Shown in pieces: positions 1-1,762 of a stretch of 1,762 nucleotides of DNA; the stretch's first letter is position 1, and each line of letters starts with the position of its first letter. A program made the position numbers and the translations under genes. Source of the DNA: Escherichia coli (GTDB lineage: Bacteria > Pseudomonadota > Gammaproteobacteria > Enterobacterales > Enterobacteriaceae); the NCBI RefSeq assembly GCF_003334385.1, contig NZ_QOWN01000110.1. One strand, 5' to 3'. The notes under the pieces are model-generated. The model was not told where the DNA came from. It saw only the letters and a list, made by a program, of their open reading frames with translations, and did not search any database.

Positions 1-546
1 GCCCTGGGGATAACGGCAAAACAGATTGCTGATGCCACAGGAAAGAAAAACATGGTGTCGCACTGGTTCAGTGCCAGCCAGTGGCAGCTACCGGACGAAA
101 GCGATTATCTGAAATTACAGGCGCTGTTTGCCCGGGTGGCAGAAGATAAGCATCAGCGCGGAGAACTGGAAAAGCCACATCACCAACTGGTCAGCACATA
201 CAGTGAACTGAACCGGCAGTATACGGAACTGCAGAGTGAATATAAGCATCTGCGGCGGTATTTTGGTGTGACGGTGCAGGTGCCGTACACCGATGTGTGG
301 ACGCATAAACCGGTGCAGTACTATCCCGGGAAACATCCGTGCGAAAAACCGGCAGAAATGCTGCAGCAGATAATCAGCGCGAGCAGTCGTCCGGGTGACC
401 TGGTTGCAGATTTCTTCATGGGGTCAGGTTCGACAGTCAAAGCAGCGATAGCGCTGGGACGTCGTGCAACTGGCGTTGAGCTGGAGACTGAGCGTTTTGA
501 GCAGACGGTCAGGGAAGTTCAGAATTTAGTCAGTCAGAACGGATGA
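1..546 (+). CDS. DNA methyltransferase, beta-class N6-adenine/N4-cytosine family (N6_N4_Mtase-like), C-terminal portion; 5' end probably lies upstream of the window
   Basis: Frame 1 is open from base 1 to the TGA at 544-546, so the ATG at 52 may be an internal Met. The translation carries HPCEKPAEMLQQIISASSRPGDLVADFFMGSGSTVKAAIALGRRATGVELETERFEQ, which fits the HPxxKP ... GD-V-D-F-GSG(S/T)T ... LGR ... G-E C-terminal motif block (AdoMet-binding motif I, FxGxG type) of beta-class amino-methyltransferases. No DPPY motif IV is present in the 182 codons visible, consistent with it lying upstream. GC about 53% by hand count. Confidence 0.8.
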   Translation, partial: ALGITAKQIADATGKKNMVSHWFSASQWQLPDESDYLKLQALFARVAEDKHQRGELEKPHHQLVSTYSELNRQYTELQSEYKHLRRYFGVTVQVPYTDVWTHKPVQYYPGKHPCEKPAEMLQQIISASSRPGDLVADFFMGSGSTVKAAIALGRRATGVELETERFEQTVREVQNLVSQNG

Positions 547-548
547 TA

Positions 549-577
549 TTGCAGAATTAGTTACGTACCGTTATTAT
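549..577 (+). promoter_or_regulatory. Putative sigma70-type promoter for the tRNA pair
   Basis: TATTAT (-10-like, 572-577) lies 9 nt upstream of the tRNA 5' end at 587. A weak -35-like TTGCAG (549-554) sits 17 bp upstream of it. Motif match by eye only. Confidence 0.3.
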
Positions 578-586
578 CCTATGCCC

Positions 587-662
587 GGCCCTTTAGCTCA
601 GTGGTGAGAGCGAGCGACTCATAATCGCCAGGTCGCTGGTTCAAATCCAGCAAGGGCCACCA
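587..662 (+). tRNA. ileZ: tRNA-Ile2 (anticodon CAU, presumably lysidine-modified, decoding AUA); ileX/ileZ-like
   Basis: Cloverleaf folded by hand: acceptor GGCCCTT (587-593) / AAGGGCC (652-658); D-stem GCTC/GAGC; anticodon stem 613-617 / 625-629 with loop CTCATAA (anticodon CAT at 621-623); T-stem GCTGG/CCAGC with loop TTCAAAT; discriminator A; encoded CCA at 660-662. The sequence is very close to E. coli ileX as I recall it. The symbol ileZ is the name used for phage-borne copies; Ile2 versus Met identity rests on that similarity, not on the anticodon alone. Confidence 0.85.
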
Positions 663-671
663 TATCACATA

Positions 672-748
672 CCGCCATTAGCTCATCGGGATAGAGCGCC
701 AGCCTTCGAAGCTGGCTGCGCGGGGTTCGAGTCCTCGATGGCGGTCCA
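672..748 (+). tRNA. tRNA-Arg, anticodon read as UCG (decoding CGA, possibly CGG)
   Basis: Cloverleaf folded by hand: acceptor CCGCCAT (672-678) / ATGGCGG (738-744), all 7 bp Watson-Crick; D-stem GCTC/GAGC with a 9-nt D-loop; anticodon stem CCAGC (699-703) / GCTGG (711-715), loop CTTCGAA with U33 and A37, anticodon TCG at 706-708; 5-nt variable loop; T-stem CGGGG/CCTCG with loop TTCGAGT; discriminator T; encoded CCA at 746-748. Unusual C1-G72 first pair. Confidence 0.8.
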
Positions 749-804
749 TTATCTGCATTATGCGTTGTTGGTTCTGATGAGTGAATCATTGTCTTTTGAG
801 CAAC

Positions 805-826
805 AGGCTATCATATAAGATAGCCT
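805..826 (+). other. Perfect 8-bp hairpin AGGCTATC-ATATAA-GATAGCCT downstream of the tRNA pair; possible weak terminator or RNA processing element
   Basis: Inverted repeat 805-812 / 819-826 with a 6-nt loop. The following sequence is only moderately T-rich (CAGACTTCCTTGTTTATTCTC), so a terminator role is uncertain. Confidence 0.2.
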
Positions 827-904
827 CAGACTTCCTTGTTTATTCTCGCCGGATGCTTCGTAGATATTTGCAGGCATCTGTATGCAGGGGTATTATTGCG
901 GCAT

Positions 905-1026
905 ATATCATCCGGAAAAATAAAAACTACATGCTGATCCGGAGATGATAGTTACAAGTCCTCCCGGATCCCGCATATTTACTATATTTTATAGATAATT
1001 GTTCTTGTTAATATGGAGATGGATAA
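905..1026 (+). promoter_or_regulatory. AT-rich upstream region of the lipoprotein gene with TCCGGA-type repeats, candidate promoter/operator, and Shine-Dalgarno
   Basis: TCCGGA at 911-916 and 939-944. An imperfect inverted repeat GATCCGGAG (937-945) / CTCCCGGATC (961-970) surrounds a 15-nt spacer. Several -10-like hexamers follow (TATATT 984-989, GATAAT 994-999), but no convincing -35/-10 pair at canonical spacing was found. GGAG at 1015-1018 is 8 nt upstream of the ATG at 1027. Confidence 0.3.
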
Positions 1027-1455
1027 ATGTATTGCCGTGCTGTACCAGTTCTTGTTTTGATATTAGCCAGTCTGACAACTGGCTGCACAAAAGATGTATC
1101 GACAAATAATTATGATGCTTCTCTGTATCACTCAGATAAATTAATAAAGTCGCAAAATTTGAGCTCATCGGAACGTACCCCTGATGCCAGTGAAGAAATC
1201 AGGCAGTATGCCATTCAGGTCAGGAAAGCCATAGAAGAACAGTTAAAGGATGCGAGTAAGTATTCAGGAAAAGAGTGTTCACTGAGAATGTATATGGCCC
1301 CGAATGGTCTTCTGCTACAGGTTAAAAGAGAAAGCGGTGATCCCGATTTATGTCGTGAAGCGATGAATGCAGTAAAGAATGCTGATATACCATCACCACC
1401 GTCTTCAGGAGTATATAAAGCATTTAGAAATGGCGTGCTGGATTTTAAACTCTGA
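1027..1455 (+). CDS. Predicted lipoprotein with a TolA C-terminal domain (TolA domain III)-like fold; moron-type accessory gene
   Basis: 142-aa ORF with an SD-like GGAG 8 nt upstream. The N-terminus MYCRAVPVLVLILASLTTGC has a basic n-region, a hydrophobic core and a lipobox-like TTGC, giving Cys20 as the predicted lipidated residue; Thr at +2 implies no inner-membrane retention signal. Residues ~55-142 (EEIRQYAIQVRKAIEEQLKDASKYSGKECSLRMYMAPNGLLLQVKRESGDPDLCREAMNAVKNADIPSPPSSGVYKAFRNGVLDFKL) align by eye with the E. coli TolA C-terminus as I remember it (YAGQIKSAIE..DASSYAGKTCTLR..APDGMLL.IKPEGGDPALC..A..AAK.AKIPKPPS..VY.VFKN..LDFK), roughly half identical, including both cysteines at the same 25-residue spacing. 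GC about 41% by hand count. Confidence 0.85.
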   Translation: MYCRAVPVLVLILASLTTGCTKDVSTNNYDASLYHSDKLIKSQNLSSSERTPDASEEIRQYAIQVRKAIEEQLKDASKYSGKECSLRMYMAPNGLLLQVKRESGDPDLCREAMNAVKNADIPSPPSSGVYKAFRNGVLDFKL

Positions 1456-1490
1456 CAGGGGGAGAAGATTTTCTCCTGTCCTGATGATTT
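1454..1490 (+). terminator. Candidate intrinsic terminator immediately after the lipoprotein gene
   Basis: Hairpin overlapping the stop codon: GACA (1454-1457) and GGAGAA (1461-1466) pair with TTCTCC (1471-1476) and TGTC (1477-1480), with a GGG bulge and a GATT loop. It is followed by CCTGATGATTTTGGGG; the T-run is short and 6 nt from the stem, so this is weak. Confidence 0.35.
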
Positions 1491-1548
1491 TGGGGCGCTG
1501 GAAAGATATTGTGCTGTGAAGTGTTAAATTCCTCACAATTCAGTAAGT

Positions 1549-1564
1549 TGACAGTTGCCTGTCA
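1549..1564. repeat. Perfect palindrome TGACAG-TTGC-CTGTCA (6-4-6), overlapping a consensus -35-like TTGACA (1548-1553)
   Basis: Direct reading: 1549-1554 TGACAG is the reverse complement of 1559-1564 CTGTCA. The same TGACAG / CTGTC arms form the outer stem of the hairpin at 1453-1480. No matching -10 hexamer was found at 16-18 bp spacing from the TTGACA. Confidence 0.5.
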
Positions 1565-1602
1565 GACTGAGCATTTGTTAAAAAAATTTCGCATGGTGAA
1601 TC

Positions 1603-1618
1603 CCCCTGTGCGGAGGGG
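1603..1618 (+). repeat. GC-rich hairpin motif copy 1 (CCCCTGTGCGGAGGGG)
   Basis: 14 of 16 positions identical to copy 2 at 1743-1758. Forms an imperfect stem CCCCT/AGGGG. Confidence 0.45.
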
Positions 1619-1740
1619 CGACTGGTGAACGGTATGATCTCTTTGATGATCGTAAGCGAGAATATGCGGGTTTAGTGTCACCGGGCTGAACTCACCGGGA
1701 GGCACCCGGCACCATGCAATGGCACATAGCGCCACTCTCC

Positions 1741-1762
1741 AGCCCCTCTCCGGAGGGGCTTT
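1741..1762 (+). terminator. GC-rich hairpin motif copy 2 (AGCCCCTC-TCCG-GAGGGGCT), followed by TTT at the window edge; candidate intrinsic terminator
   Basis: Perfect 8-bp GC-rich stem with a 4-nt loop, followed by T residues that run off the window. A full T-tract cannot be confirmed. Confidence 0.4.

Noticed and set aside
115-336. 73-aa ORF on the - strand from the six-frame track
   Set aside because: Lies entirely antisense within the methyltransferase coding region, which has strong family motifs; no RBS or recognisable motif. Most likely a spurious antisense ORF.
52-546. ATG at 52 as the true start of the methyltransferase (164-aa product)
   Set aside because: The reading frame is open all the way to base 1, and a 164-aa product would lack the N-terminal DPPY catalytic motif expected for this family. 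More likely an internal Met of a longer protein, though a truncated gene cannot be excluded.
774-780. CTGATGA hammerhead-ribozyme-like core (also at 1482-1488)
   Set aside because: No properly placed GAAA element or flanking stems I, II and III could be folded around either occurrence; judged coincidental.
749-1026. A third tRNA (argO-like) or a Shiga-toxin-type cargo downstream of the tRNA pair
   Set aside because: No cloverleaf could be folded in this region, and the downstream ORF is a TolA-like lipoprotein with no resemblance to Stx A or B subunits.
1559-1574. LexA (SOS) box beginning with CTGT at 1559
   Set aside because: No ACAG at the N8 spacing required by the CTGT-N8-ACAG consensus.
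1548-1577. Sigma70 promoter anchored on the consensus TTGACA at 1548-1553
   Set aside because: No acceptable -10 hexamer at 16-18 bp spacing (GCATTT/CATTTG only); the TTGACA is better explained as one arm of the palindrome.
1562-1762. Stop-free - strand frame of 67 codons entering from the right edge (possible 3' end of a convergent gene)
   Set aside because: No start codon or motif is available within the window; the translation is rich in rare codons with odd composition (W, C, H, P) and overlaps strong hairpins. Left as an alternative under the 3' non-coding finding rather than called as a CDS.

Overview
The window reads as an accessory (moron-type) segment of an enterobacterial lambdoid prophage or phage, all on the + strand. 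It holds: (1) the 3' part of a beta-class N6-adenine/N4-cytosine DNA methyltransferase gene running off the left edge (1..546); (2) two tandem tRNA genes, an ileX-like tRNA-Ile2 (anticodon CAU, 587..662) and a tRNA-Arg whose anticodon I read as UCG (672..748); (3) a ~280-bp AT-rich intergenic region with TCCGGA-type repeats; (4) a 142-aa predicted lipoprotein whose C-terminal ~88 residues are a clear homologue of TolA domain III (1027..1455); (5) ~300 bp with no convincing ORF, carrying a TGACAG-N4-CTGTCA palindrome and two copies of a GC-rich hairpin motif. The most interesting candidate is the TolA-domain-III lipoprotein, which I hypothesise is a Tol-system decoy (colicin / filamentous-phage exclusion or envelope modulation); that function is inference only. 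All calls are made by eye from the sequence and from remembered family motifs; no searches were run.
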